DNA from: Prorocentrum cordatum
Taxonomy: Eukaryota
NCBI GenBank assembly: GCA_963575745.1
Contig: CAUYUJ010000097.1
Span: forward strand, 1-64,000
Reading direction: 5' to 3'
Length of the DNA stretch: 64,000 nucleotides
Of the stretch, positions 37,481 through 49,444 are shown in pieces (the stretch's first letter is position 1; the number at the start of each line of letters is the position of its first letter). A model generated the notes under the pieces. It ran no database searches, was not told the DNA's origin, and was given only the letters and a program-made list of their open reading frames with translations. The position numbers and the translations under genes are program-made.

Positions 37481-37666
37481 AACAGTCTGTCGCCGCCCAG
37501 GGAGTGGCCTGACGGCACTCTCGCGCGCACCGAGCCCCACCCTCGATCGAGCAGCTCGAAGTGCAGAGAACGCTCGGCACGGACCGTCTCGGGGTGGGGA
37601 GGGGGAGGTACAGAGAGAGAGAGAGAGAGAGGGAGAGCGAGATAGAGAAAGAGGGGCAAGAGGGGC

Positions 37667-37698
<32 letters not shown>

Positions 37699-38389
37699 CG
37701 GAGAGATATGGAGAGAGGTGGAGAGACACACACAAGCAGCAGCAACTAGAGAACGGCGAGCACGAGTGGTATGTTTGTCTTCTGTGGTCTGCGAGTCGAT
37801 CTTCGAGACGCATCCTCAATCTGCAAAACGATGACACATCGACGATCTCCTTCTGGTGCTCCTCTGGGATCAAAGATCGAATGTTGAAGGATTGGGATCG
37901 AGGAAGCCGTGCGAGATGTGCCTCATCGATTTCGGCCTCCGAGTCCCGCTTCGGGCCCCAGGATCTTGAAACATCGATCGGGTGGGAAAATTGGCCTGGA
38001 TGGATCCTGGGAGAGGTCGGGGGGTCGCTGTTGTAGGGGGGTGGAGAGAAGGAGGAGGATGAGGAGGAGAAGGATGCTTTGAGACCGGACGGCCAGCAGC
38101 GAGCTTCGGGATGCTGCTGCTTAGGGCGTGAAACGCCCAACTGGGGTCAACAGTTCGCGACGTACCGGCCAGGGGGGTAACGTATCGTGAAGTACCGAAT
38201 TGCGGGGTACGGATCGTGACGTACCCGATTTGGGTTGCATAGCGCGACGCATCTTGCCGAGTGGTGCGGGGGGGGCCGCACGCGACTGGGAGGGACGGAT
38301 TGTGGTGTACTTGGCGGGGTAAGCATCGCGCTTGGTCCGCCGAGACGCAGACGCGGCCACCACAGCGTGGGAAGCAAGCAGCGAGATGC

Positions 38390-38581
38390 TTATGTCGGGC
38401 GTGTCCCCCTACAGGGTTTTTTTCGACGAAAAAAGAAAAAACACCCCAAAAATACTCCAAAAAGGTCAACAAATATTCACAAACTAGTCCCCAGACTATT
38501 TTCAGAGTATTTTTGGACTATTTTTGGGATATTTCTTTTTTCCGTCGAAAATCCCCCTGTAGGGGGACAGGCCCGACATAA
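38390..38581. mobile_element. MITE, TTAAGTCGGGC-TIR family
   Basis: TTATGTCGGGCGTGTCCCCCTACAGGG / CCCTGTAGGGGGACAGGCCCGACATAA. No clean 8-bp TSD. Confidence 0.8.
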
Positions 38582-39459
38582 TGCTAAGCTGGACGAAGGT
38601 TACTAGGAGAGGCCAGGAGAGGCCCAGAGGGGCAAGCGGAGAAAGCACGGGGGTCAGAGATCGGCCCAGCGAGAGAAAGTCGGCCGAGACTGATGCCTCT
38701 CGATGCTTGTGCTGCAGAGCTCGCGTGCTGTTCGGGAAGCCTCTGCCCTACCAGGTGTGATGACGTGTTGTGCACTGCAACCGCTTTAACTCTAGTTTTA
38801 GTTATGCCTCCAGGGAAACCACTAGGAGAGGCGGAGGAGGAGGCGGAGGAGGAGGAAGCTCCTCGATCCTCGATGCACCCGAAGCTCGCTCGCCACCTCG
38901 CCGAGCCTCGTGGCCGACGAGGGCGCTCCGCCTGCGCTCTGCGGCCGCCAGAAGCTCCCCACTGTGGTTGTGCCGACCCCCCCGAGGTGTGCCACGCGCG
39001 ATGTGCCGCGCTGCCTTGGCGTCGCTCGGACGTGGGCCTTGTCTTCCTCGGCGAGGACCATCGAGGGGCATCCAGTCATCGGTGAACAAAAATCACCGCA
39101 CGAAGCCGACCAACGTAGGGGAATAGACGTCGGAGAGATGGCGAGGCTACGCTTTGACTCACGCACCGCGCAGCACGGCACCGCACGGGCCCCAAAACCA
39201 CTGCTTCCGGAGGCCTCTCCAGGAACATGGTAGACTTGGCATCGCTGGCACGTGTGTATTCGTTCTCCGCGGGGGCCATCGAGAAGCATCCTGGATCAGC
39301 TTGCGAAAAATACACCCACGAAACAGAACAATGCATGGAGAATGGACGTCCGAGCGATGGGAAGCCACGCCATGTTGTGACTTACGCACCGCGCAACACG
39401 GCACCGCACAGGCCCCCAAACCAAGGCTCCCGGAGGCCTTTCCAGGAAGATGAGATGGT

Positions 39460-39658
39460 TCGGCGGCGAGCACGGGAGGGAAATGAGAATGGGCGGGCCT
39501 TTTCAGAAGACTCGGAAGTCCCCCCGGCCTTCTGAGAAGTTTTCTAAGCCTTGCCAAAAACACAGAGAATGTATCAGAAGGCGTGAGGGCTTTGAGAAGT
39601 CCCGCCGCCTTCTGAGAAGGCCTTCTCCGTTTCACTTCCCCTCGTTCGCCGCCGCCGC
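39460..39658. mobile_element. MITE related to the Introner at 54898-55033
   Basis: Ends TCGGCGGCGAGC / TTCGCCGCCG with internal (T)GAGAAG/CAGAAG motifs. ATGGT on both flanks. A further degenerate relative lies at ~47080-47210. Confidence 0.7.
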
Positions 39659-39940
39659 ATGGTAGAAGGGCGGGAAGGCGAGCACCATGCCCAGACCCTT
39701 GCCGCAGAATTGGATCGGCAACGCGGGCAATCATCGCATTGGCCACGTTGGTCGTCTTCCTGGATTCGGTGGCTTCTTCAGGCCGAGAGTGTCGCTGACC
39801 ACGAGCTTGTCCTCCATGCTGGCGCCGGTGCCGTTGCTGGCCTCGGACTCGACTGAATTCTCGATGCGATTTGGGTTCGCGATGCTCTCGAGTATCGGGT
39901 TATCGGGTGCCTCCTCATCTAGTTATGGGGTCGCCTGAAA

Positions 39941-42900
39941 GCCATACTGATACTATTCATCTTCCTGCGGTAAGCCTTGCCAACGCGACGGCAGCAGCAG
40001 CAGCGCATCAGGAAGGGGCTTTCGGGGGGCCGCTGGGGCTTGCGGACCGTTAAACTGGCTTCATGAGGGCCGTCGGGGGTATCGGGGTATTCTTGGGCGC
40101 TATTGTTGTGCTGAGCTCTTCTGCAGAGGCTCGATTAACACATATTGAGGGCGAGTGGGCGGGTCTCGGTGCCGTCTTGAAATCGTGGTGCAGTGCAAGC
40201 GCGGTGACGGATTTGGGAGCCTCTTGGAGTTATCCTGCAAGTCATCTTGGGCCACGTTGGGCCAACTCGGGCGATCTTCTGTTGGAGGACTTTCGTGTCG
40301 TGGCATTTCTGGCGTGCCAGACTGATACTATTCATCTTCCTTTGGTAATCCTTGCCAACGCGACGGCAGCAGCAGCAGCGCATCAGGAAGGGGCTTTCGG
40401 GGGTCCGCTGGGGCTTGGGGACCGTTAAATTGGCTTTATGAGGGCCGTCGGGGGTATCGGGGTATTCTTGGGCGCTATTGTTGTGCTGAGCTCTTCTGCA
40501 GAGGCTCGATTAGCACATATTGAGGGCGAGTGGGCGGGTCTCGGTGCCGTCTTGAATTGCGGTGCAGTGCAAACGCGGTGACGGATTTGGGAGCCTCTTG
40601 GAGTCATCCTGCAAGTCATCTTGGGCCACGTTGGGCCAACTCGGGCGATCTTCTGTTGGAGGACTTTCGTGTCGTGGCATTTCTGGCGTGCCAGACTGAT
40701 ACTATTCATCTTCCTGCGGTAAGCCTTGCCAACGCGACGGCAGCAGCAGCAGCGCATCAGGAAGGGGCTTTCGAGGGGCCGCTGGGGCTTGGGGACCGTT
40801 AAATTGGCTTTATGAGGGCCGTCGGGGGTATCGGGGTATTCGTGGGCGCTATTGTTGTGCTGAGCTCTTCTGCAGAGGCTCGATTAACACATATTGAGGG
40901 CGAGTGGGCGGGTCTCGGTGCCGTCTTGAAATCGCGGTGCAGTGCAAGCGCGGTGACGGATTTGGGAGCCTCTTGGAGTCATCTTGCAAGTCATCTTGGG
41001 CCACGTTGGGCCAACAGGGGCGATCTTCTGTTGGAGGACTTTCGTGTCGTGGCATTTCTGGCGTGCCAGAGTGATACTATTCATCTTCCTACGGTAAGCC
41101 TTGCCAACGCGACGGCAGCAGCAGCAGCGCATCAGGAAGGGGCTTTCGGGGGGCCGCTGGGGCTTGGGGACCGTTAAATTGGCTTCATGAGGGCCGTCGG
41201 GGTATCGGGGTATTCGTGGGCGCTATTGTTGTGCTGAGCTCTTCTGCAGAGGCTCGATTAACACATATTGAGCGCGAGTGGGCGGGTCTCGTTGCCGTCT
41301 TGAAATCGCGGTGCAGTGCAAGCGCGGTGACGGATTTAGGAGCCTCTTGGAGTCATCTTGCAAGTCATCTTGGGCCACGTTGGGCCAACTCGGGCGATCT
41401 TCTTTCTGTTGGAGGACTTTCGTGTCGTGGCATTTCTGGCGTGCCAGACTGGTACTATTCATCTTCCTGCGTTACGCCTTGCCAACGCGACGGCAGCAGC
41501 AGCAGCGCATCAGGAAAGGGCTTTCGGGGGGCCGCTGGGGCTTGGGGACCGTTAAATTGGCTTCATGAGGGCCGTCGGGGGTATCGGGGTATTCGTGGGC
41601 GCTATTGTTGTGCTGAGCTCTTCTGCAGAGGCTCGATTAACACATATTGAGGGCGAGTGGGCGGGTCTCGGCGCCGTCTTGAAATCGCGGTGCAGTGCAA
41701 GCGCGGTGACGGATTTGGGAGCCTCTTGGAGTCATCTTGCAAGTCATCTTGGGCCACGTTGGGCCAACTCGGGCGATCTTCTGTTGGAGGACTTTCGTGT
41801 CGTGGCATTCCTGGCGTGCCAGACTGATACTATTCATCTTCCTGCGGTAAGCCTTGCCAACGCGACGGCAGCAGCAGCAGCGCATCAGGAAGGGGCTTTC
41901 GGGGGGCCGCTGGGGCTTGGGGACCATTACATTGGCTTCATGAGGGCCGTCGGGGGTATCGGGGTATTCTTGGGCGCTATTGTTGTGCTGAGCTCTTCTG
42001 CAGAGGCTCGATTAACACATATTGAGGGCGAGTGGGCGGGTCTCGGTGCCGTCTTGAAATCGCGGTGCAGTGCAAGCGCGGTGACGGATTTGAGAGCCTC
42101 TTGGAGTCATCCTGCAAGTCATCTTGGGCCACGTTGGGCCAATTCGGGCGATCTTCTGTTGGAGGAGTTTCGTGTCGTGGCATTTCTGGCGTGCCAGACT
42201 GATACTATTCATCTTCCTGCGGTAAGCTTTGCCAACGCGACGGCAGGAGCAGCAGCGCATCAGGAAGGGGCTTTCGGGGGGCCGCTGGGGCTTGGGGACC
42301 GTTAAATTGGCTTCATGAGGGCCGTCGGGGGTATCGGGGTATTCGTGGGCGCTATTGTTGTGCTGAGCTCTTCTGCAGAGGCTCGATTAACACATATTGA
42401 GGGCGAGTGGGCGGGTCTCGGTGCCGTCTTGAAATCGCGGTGCAGTGCAAGCGCGGTGACGGATTTGGGAGCCTCTTGGAGTCATCCTGCAAGTCATCTT
42501 GGGCCACATTGGGCCAACTCGGGCGATCTTCTGTTGGAGGACTGTCGTGTCGTGGCATTTCTGGCGTGCCAGACTGATACTATTCATCTTCCTGCGGTAA
42601 GCCTTGCCAACGCGACGGCAGCAGCAGCAGCAGCGCATCAGGAAGGGGCTTTCGGGGGGCCGCTGGGGCTTGCGGACCGTTAAACTGGCTTCATGAGGGC
42701 CGTCGGGGGTATCGGGGTATTCTTGGGCGCTATTGTTGTGCTGAGCTCTTCTGCAGAGGCTCGACTAACACATATTGAGGGCGAGTGGGCGGGTCTCGGT
42801 GCCGTCTTGAAACCGCGGTGCAGTGCAAGCGCGGTGACGGATTTGAGAGCCTCTTGGAGTCATCCTGCAAGTCATCTTGGGCCACGTTGGGCCAACTCGG

Positions 42901-43597
42901 GCGATCTTCTGTTGGAGGACTTTCGTGTCGTGGCATTTCTGGCGTGCCAGACTGATACTATTCATCTTCCTGCGGTAAGCCTTGCCAACGCGACGGCAGC
43001 AGCAGCAGCGCATCAGGAAGGGGCTTTCGGGGGGCCGCTGGGGCTTGGGGACCGTTAAATTGGCTTCATGAGGGCCGTCGGGGGTATCGGGGTATTCGTG
43101 GGCGCTATTGTTGTGCTGAGCTCTTCTGCAGAGGCTCGATTAACACATATTGAGGGCGAGTGGGCGGGTCTCGGTGCCGTCTTGAAATCGCGGTGCAGTG
43201 CAAGCGCGGTGACGGATTTGAGAGCCTCTTGGAGTCATCTTGCAAGTCATCTTGGGCCACGTTGGGCCAACTCGGGCGATCTTCTGTTGGAGGACTTTCG
43301 TGTCGTGGCATTTTTGGCGTGCCAGACTGATACTATTCATCTTCCTGCGGTAAGCTTGCCAACGCGACGGCAGCAGCAGCAGCGCATCAGGAAGGGGCTT
43401 TCGGGGGGCCGCTGGGGCTTGGGGACCGTTAAATTGGCTTCATGAGGGCCGTCGGGGGTATCGGGGAATTCTTGGGCGCTATTGTTGTGCTGAGCTCTTC
43501 TGCAGAGGCTCGACTAACACATATTGAGGGCGAGTGGGCGGGTCTCGGTGCCGTCTTGAAACCGCGGTGCAGTGCAAGCGCGGTGACGGATTTGGGG
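39941..43597. repeat. Highly homogeneous tandem array, ~375-bp unit, ~10 copies
   Basis: The TTAAAYTGGCT junction (TTACATTGGCT in one copy) recurs at ~40050, 40425, 40800, 41174, 41552, 41927, 42302, 42680, 43055 and 43429. Confidence 0.97.
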
Positions 43598-43905
43598 GAG
43601 TTGATGACCAGGCACTTGCCCATTGCGCCAAGCTTGTGGACAAAGTTCTCTTAAAGCTTCCTGCGTGCATCTTGGGGCCTCTGGGGGGCGTCCTGGAGCC
43701 TCGTGGGAGCATCTCGTGGCCATTCTGGGGCCTCGTTGGGCCATCTTCGGAAGCCGTGTTGGTGGTATCTTGGGAGCATCCGGGATCCGCATAAGGGACG
43801 GGGACGTTGGGGCATTTGGGAGTCGTCTTGAACCTACCTTGCCTCCCTCCCTCCCTTCGCTCCCGCTTTACCCACCCCCTCGTAGCACAATCCAGGCGCT
43901 TCGAG

Positions 43906-43927
43906 AACGCAGGCTTTTTGGCACAAA
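43906..43927 (+). other. Possible degenerate spliced-leader relic upstream of the SPFH gene
   Basis: AACGCAGGCTTTTTGGCACAAA matches DCCGTAGCCATTTTGGCTCAAG at 16/22 positions, ~90 bp before the ATG. Confidence 0.4.
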
Positions 43928-44018
43928 CCGAGCAGCCAGGCCCGCCCGGCACGCTTTTATTTTTTGAGGGGGGGGTCTCAGATTTCTTCGCCCAGCCCGA
44001 GCGTCGAAGGTCGCGTTG

Positions 44019-47003
44019 ATGGCGGGACAGCAGAGGCAGGAGTTTGGGTGCATCCCCTGCTGCAACTGCTGCGTGACCGTGCCGCAGGACAAGATCTACG
44101 CCGTGGAGCTCTTCGGAAGCTTCACCAAGGCGATCTCGAAGACGAAGGGGCAGCATAAACACAAACTGTCGGCGCTCCGCGCGGATTGGCTCGGCGCCAA
44201 ACCCACCACCCTGGCGGCGTGGAGCGGAGCTCTGAAAGATTATGTTTATGTCGGTTCTCTTCCTCTGACCAAGGTAATCTTAAGTCGGGCCCGTCCCTCT
44301 ACAGGAGGAATATTCAAAAATAGTCAAAGAAATAGTATGGGGACTATTTTTTGACGCTCAATCCGCCGGCCCGCATTGTGCCCTCGCTGGCGTTTGGGCT
44401 TTTGGGGGCCTTTTGGGGTCCTCATTGGAATTGGGGGTTTCTTGGGGGGCCCTTGGGTTTCTGTTGGAGCCTCTTTGGGGTTTCTTGGAGCTCCTTTGGG
44501 AGCATTTGGGAGCATCTTGGGGCTTCTGGGAGCCGCTTGCGAGCCGCTTGGGAGCTTCTTGGGGGCCTCGTGAGGGCCTTGTGGAGGCCTCCTGGGGCTT
44601 GAAAGGGGCCCTCTTGGCGCCTCCTGGGGGCTTCTTAGGGCCGAGGGCTCGAAATGTTGTTTCGTGCTCCCCCTCTGGGGCTTCTCTTAGAGCGTTCTGA
44701 GGGCCCTCTTGGGCCGTCTTTGAGGCCTCTTAGGCCGTCTTGGAACCCCCTTGGGCCGTCTCGGGGCCCTGTCGGAGGCCTCTCGGGCTTCTTAGGGCGA
44801 TCTTGGGGGCCTCTTGGGCCGTCTTGGGGCGTCGCGATGCCGAAAAGGTGGAGACGCCAACATCTCCCCCAAACCTTCGGAAAAGCAATGAATTTTGCCT
44901 CTTGGGGCCCTCTTGGGAGTGCTCTTGAAAGCCTCGTGGGGCGTCTGGGGGCTATCTCGAGGGCCTTTTGAGGGCCGCCTGGGGCTTGAAAGGGGCCTCT
45001 TGGCGCCTCCTGGGGGCTTCTTAGGGCAGAGGGCTCGAAATGTTGTTTCGTGTTCCCCCTCTGGGGTCCCAGAGCGTTCTTGGGGTCCTCTTGGGCCGTC
45101 TTGGAAGCCTCTTGGGCCGTCTTGGAACCCTCTTGGGCCGTTTTGGGGCTTGAAAGGGGCCTCTTGGCGCCTCCTGGGGGCTTCTTAGGGCCGAGGGCTC
45201 GAAATGTTGTTTCGTGCTCCCCCTCTGGGGCTTCTCTTAGAGCGTTCTTGGGGCCGTCTTGGAACCCTCTTGGGCCGTCTTGGGGCCCTGTCGGAGGCCT
45301 CTTGGGCCTCTTAGGGCGATCTTGGGGGCCTCTTGGGCCGTCTTGGGGCGTCGCGATGCCGAAAAGGTGGAGACGCCAAAATCTCCCCCAAACCTTTAGA
45401 AAAGCAATGCATTTTGCCTCTTGGGGCCCTCTTGGGAGTGCTCTTGAAAGCCTCGTGGGGCGTCTGGGGGCTATCTCGAGGGCCTTTTGAGGGCCGCCTG
45501 GGGCTTGAAAGGGGCCTCTTGGCGCCTCCTGGGGGCTTCTTAGGGCAGAGGGCTCGAAATGTTGTTTCGTGTTCCCCCTCTGGGGTCCCAGAGCGTTCTT
45601 GGGGTCCTCTTGGGCCGTCTTGGAAGCCTCTTGGGCCGTCTTGGAACCCTCTTGGGCCGTCTTGGGGCCCTGTCGGAGGCCTCTCGGGCCTCTTAGGACG
45701 ATTTTGGAGGCCTCTTGAGCCGTCTTGGAGCGTCGCGATGCCGAAAAGGTGGAGACGCCAAGATCTCCCCCAAACCTCAGGAAAAGCAATGAATTTTGCT
45801 TCTTGGGGCCCTCTTGGGAGTCTCTTGGGGCTCCTTGGCGGCGTCTTGGGGCCGCAGGGCCTCTTGGGGGGCTCTTGGAGGCCTCTTAGGGCGGGAGGGG
45901 GGGTAGTCGATTGCGGCTCCTCCTCCCTCGGCGGCCACGATCCTCGTGAGGGGTGTCGAAAAATGACCCTCCCCTGGAGTGCTTTGGTGGCTCCTCCCGG
46001 GACCTTGCCAGGGTACTTTTTCGTCTGGGGACAACCAGGGGCCGCCCCGCGCACGCGAACTAGAAATACTGTGAACCAGTTACCGGAGATCTTCGCACGC
46101 CTCTGGCCCGTTGGGCTGGCGATTTTTTTGACCATTTTGGAGTATGTTTTGAGTATTGTTTATTTTTCGTCGAAAATCCCCCTGTAGGGGGGCACGCCCG
46201 ATTTAAAGGTAATCGGTTCTGGCCTCAACGTCGTCGGGTGTGACGTGGGGGGGTGCTGCATCAGCTTCCGGTCCATCACCAAGCGCGTCGAGCAGAACGA
46301 CGTCATCGTGGAGACCAAGACCAAGGATAACGTATTCGTGTTGGTGAAGGTTTCTGTTCAGCAGCAGGTCATCCCGGATCAAGCGGAGTCCGCCATCTAC
46401 AGACTCGCGAATGTCGGTGCGCAGATCGATTCATATGTCTCGGACGTGGTGCGCTCATGCGTACCGAAGATGACATTGGACGAAGCATTCGAGGAGAAGG
46501 ACAACATTTCCTCTGCCGTCAACGATGCCCTCACCAAGAGCATGCACGAGTATGGGTTCCAGATCATTAAGGCACTCGTGACTGAGCTGAAGCCCAGCCA
46601 GGACGTGATGAATTCCATGAACGAGATCAACAAGCAGAAGCGTCTCCGCGATGCAGCAATGATGGCTGCTGAGGCTGATAAGATCCGGGTGGTTAAGAAA
46701 GCAGAGGCGGATTCCGAATCAGCTCGTCTGCAGGGCGAGGGCATCGCGAAACAGCGCGAGGCCATCGTGGACGGCCTGAAGAGGTCCGTCACCTCTGGGA
46801 CCGATGAGCAGCTCTCCTCCGACAAGGTCTCCGAGCTGTTGCTCATCACGCAGTATTTCGAGACGCTGAAGGAAATCGGAGCGAGGTCGGGGTCCAACGC
46901 TGTCTTTATCCCGCACAGCCCCGCTGATGGCGTCCGGGATATTTCTGCTCAGATCCGCAACGGCATCATGCAGGGCGGCGCTCCTGGGCAGATGCGCATG
47001 TGA
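44019..47003 (+). CDS. HIR: SPFH/band-7 domain protein, hypersensitive-induced-reaction (HIR)-like; join(44019..44129,46209..47003), 301 aa
   Basis: Exon 1 is MAGQQRQEFGCIPCCNCCVTVPQDKIYAVELFGSFTK. Exon 2 has VIGSGLN...VETKTKDNVFV, MNEIN, AEA...GEGIAKQREAIVDGL, LLITQYFETLKEIG, AVFIPHSP...QIRNGIMQG, all hallmark HIR motifs. Phase-0 GC-AG join. Confidence 0.93.
44130..44273 (+). mobile_element. MITE-derived 144-bp GC-AG intron (Introner-like)
   Basis: Internal inverted repeat CATAAACACAAACTGTCGGCGCTCCGC / GCGGAGCTCTGAAAGATTATGTTTATG. Flanking duplication ACCAAGGcgATC / ACCAAGGtaATC. Confidence 0.75.
44280..46206. mobile_element. TTAAGTCGGGC-family MITE inserted at the SPFH splice acceptor, carrying a nested ~1.77-kb satellite-filled element (44356-46123)
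   Basis: TIR TTAAGTCGGGCCCGTCCCTCTACAGG / CCTGTAGGGGGGCACGCCCGATTTAA. TSD AGGTAATC at 44272-44279 and 46207-46214. The nested insert is flanked by TTTTTTGAC (44347-44355, 46124-46132). Confidence 0.9.
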
Positions 47004-49281
47004 GCGACGGCAGGCGGTGCAACACGCAGCAGCATCAGGATGGGATACGATGCGGCGGCGCGCCGAGGATGCAGCAAGAGGGGGCAGGCCTCCTCCGGAG
47101 GCGGCGGGGCTTCCCAGAAGCCCTCAGAAGCCCGCCGCGGCTTCGGAGAAGGCTTAGAAAGCTTCCCTGGATGCCAGAGGCCTTCTGAGCATTTGAGAAG
47201 GCCCGCACTTAGGTCTTTAGCATACGCGCGAAACCTGAAGCAGCGGAGTCAAACCCAAGTTTCGTCATAAGCGCCCGGGGAGAGCAGCCTCCCGCGAAAC
47301 TCGACCCCCACCGCGGACAGCCGCCGCGCGCCGAAGCCGCCCGAAGCCCCAGGCCCCCCAGGCGCGGTGCGCAGGCGTGGCGAGGTCGACCCGCGTCGGT
47401 CGGGGGGGCCCACCCGCGCGCTGATGAAGGAACGCACAATAAATACAAGTCAAGCGAGCATGCCCACGCATCTCGTGTGGAGCCGAAGCGTTCCCACTCG
47501 GGTTCCTGGAGCCACTGCGAGCCTGTCAGCCGTTCAGGCTGCAAACATGGCTGGAGTTTGGCAGCCTGTCTAATACGCGAGGGGAGTGAATACAGAGTTT
47601 TTGCCTTGCTCCCCGTTGAATGCAGACGTCTTCAACTCCTTCGATCATTTGGCGCGCAGGGCTAAGTCCCTCGCGCTCTCACCTCTCATCCAGCGACCGC
47701 GCTCGTGCCAAAACTTCGCCTATTGTGCCACTTTTCCTCCCCACGGCTCTCCGAGACTTCACACCGGCTCCGAAATTGTGCCAAAAAGCCCCAAGAACAC
47801 TCCGAAGATGCCCCACAGACGCTTCCAAGAGACCCAAAGAGGCACCATGGTGCCTCTGAGGAACCCCCAAGGCCCCGCGAAGCCCCTAAGAGGCTTCCCA
47901 GGGGCCACCACACGTCCCCAACACGACACTGCCAGGTCGGACAAGTCCACAAGCCGAAAAGGCCCCAAGATGCCCCCAAGAGATTCCCCGAATAAGCTTC
48001 CAAACGCAAAGAGCTGCTTGTCAGACCTAAAGACAGTTAGCTGTTTTAGCCCACGAGCAACGTTCCCTCCCCATAGCTCTCCGAGTCATCATTGCGGTTA
48101 CGCAATGGCTCCCGAGACGCCTTCAAGAGGCCAAAGCGGCTTCCAAGAGACTCGTTGGGAGGCCAAACGCATTGAATAACAATCGGGAAGCCTTAGCTTA
48201 GTGTTTTGAAGTTCTATAATTTGTTCGCTTCTGATTGGCCTCTCAGGCCTCTAAGGCGCCCAAACGGCCCCAGAGAGCCCGAAGCCCCAGAGAGCTTCAA
48301 GACGGCCCCAACATCGCCCGAGAGCCTCTCAAGAGCGCACTAAGAGGGCCCCAGGACGGCCCAGAAAGTCCCCCAAGATGGCCGCCCAGGGCGTCGGACG
48401 GACCCCGAGCGCCCCAGGAGAGCCCAAGAGGCCCCTGAGGCTCCAGAAAGCTCCCGGGATGCCCCCAAAGACGGCCCCACGAGGCCCCCATAGGGCCCCC
48501 TCCGGGGAGGCCCCGGGCGCGGCAGCTGATGGCACCCAGCGTGCTCTGGAAGCTGCCCGCAGGAGCACGCTGGAGCCCGACGTCAGCCCCGGGCCTCCCG
48601 GAGGCCACCGCGGGCCGCCCCATATGCCCGCCGTCGGGGGCCCGGCGCGGCTGCTCGAGGGCATTCCTCGGAGGGGCCAGCCGACCCAATCCGATCCGCT
48701 TCGCCGCGAAGCCTCACGTTGCACAGCAGGGGTGGGACCCAAACGGTGTTTTGGCGATTTCGTGGGCCGCTTTCGTTTCGATGTCGTCTTGCGTGAAGGG
48801 CGGATTGAAGACAGAACGAGGGAAAACGAACACACAACGAAACGAAAAACACCGTTTAGGTTCAGCCCTGTTTCACAGCACGTTCTGGAACACGCTTGCC
48901 GCAGCACGCTGCAGCTCAGAAGGGGAGCCGCAGGGACGAGGAGAACGGTCAGGAGGACCCCTTCGCCAGTATGGACTAGCGGACCTGGGCTCGCATCCCT
49001 CCCCCCCGCAGCCTTTCGACCCGCGCATCAGACCCTCTAGCCGATGCTGCCCCAGCCCCAGGCGAGGGTGGCCTCCACTCGTGCCGAGGCCTTCGTTCTC
49101 GCCAGGTTCCGGACGCGCTCCGCCGCCTCGCCCCGCCCGCCCGGCCCACGCGCTGCGCTTCTCGCTCGGGCATGGCGCAACGGGTGGGGCGAGAGGGGCC
49201 CTGAAAGGGCCCCCCCTGGGGCCCAACATGTGCACGAAAGATGCACTTTTCCGCCCCCCATTCATCGAACCTCCCAGCTGG

Positions 49282-49444
49282 GGTCCGAGCAGATGGGGTC
49301 GAGGGATCGCGCCGCATCGCCGATGCATCGGCGATGGGGCTCCATGTGGAGCCCGACTTTCTCCACCTGCGTCGCCGATGCAGCGCTGGCGTCGCCGATG
49401 CATCGGCGATGCGGCGCGATCCCTCGACCCCATCTGCTCCGACC
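49282..49444. mobile_element. Palindromic MITE-like hairpin
   Basis: ~50-bp near-perfect inverted arms GAGCAGATGGGGTCGAGGGATCGCGCCGCATCGCCGATGCATCGGCGA. No TSD seen. Confidence 0.65.

Noticed and set aside
40063..43445. Tandem 121-aa ORFs as a tandem gene array
   Set aside because: Frameshifts in several units, no recognisable domain and no coding-type codon bias. Kept only as a repeat.
46245..47003. Stand-alone 252-aa SPFH ORF starting at GTG
   Set aside because: It lacks the N-terminus, which is encoded at 44019-44129.
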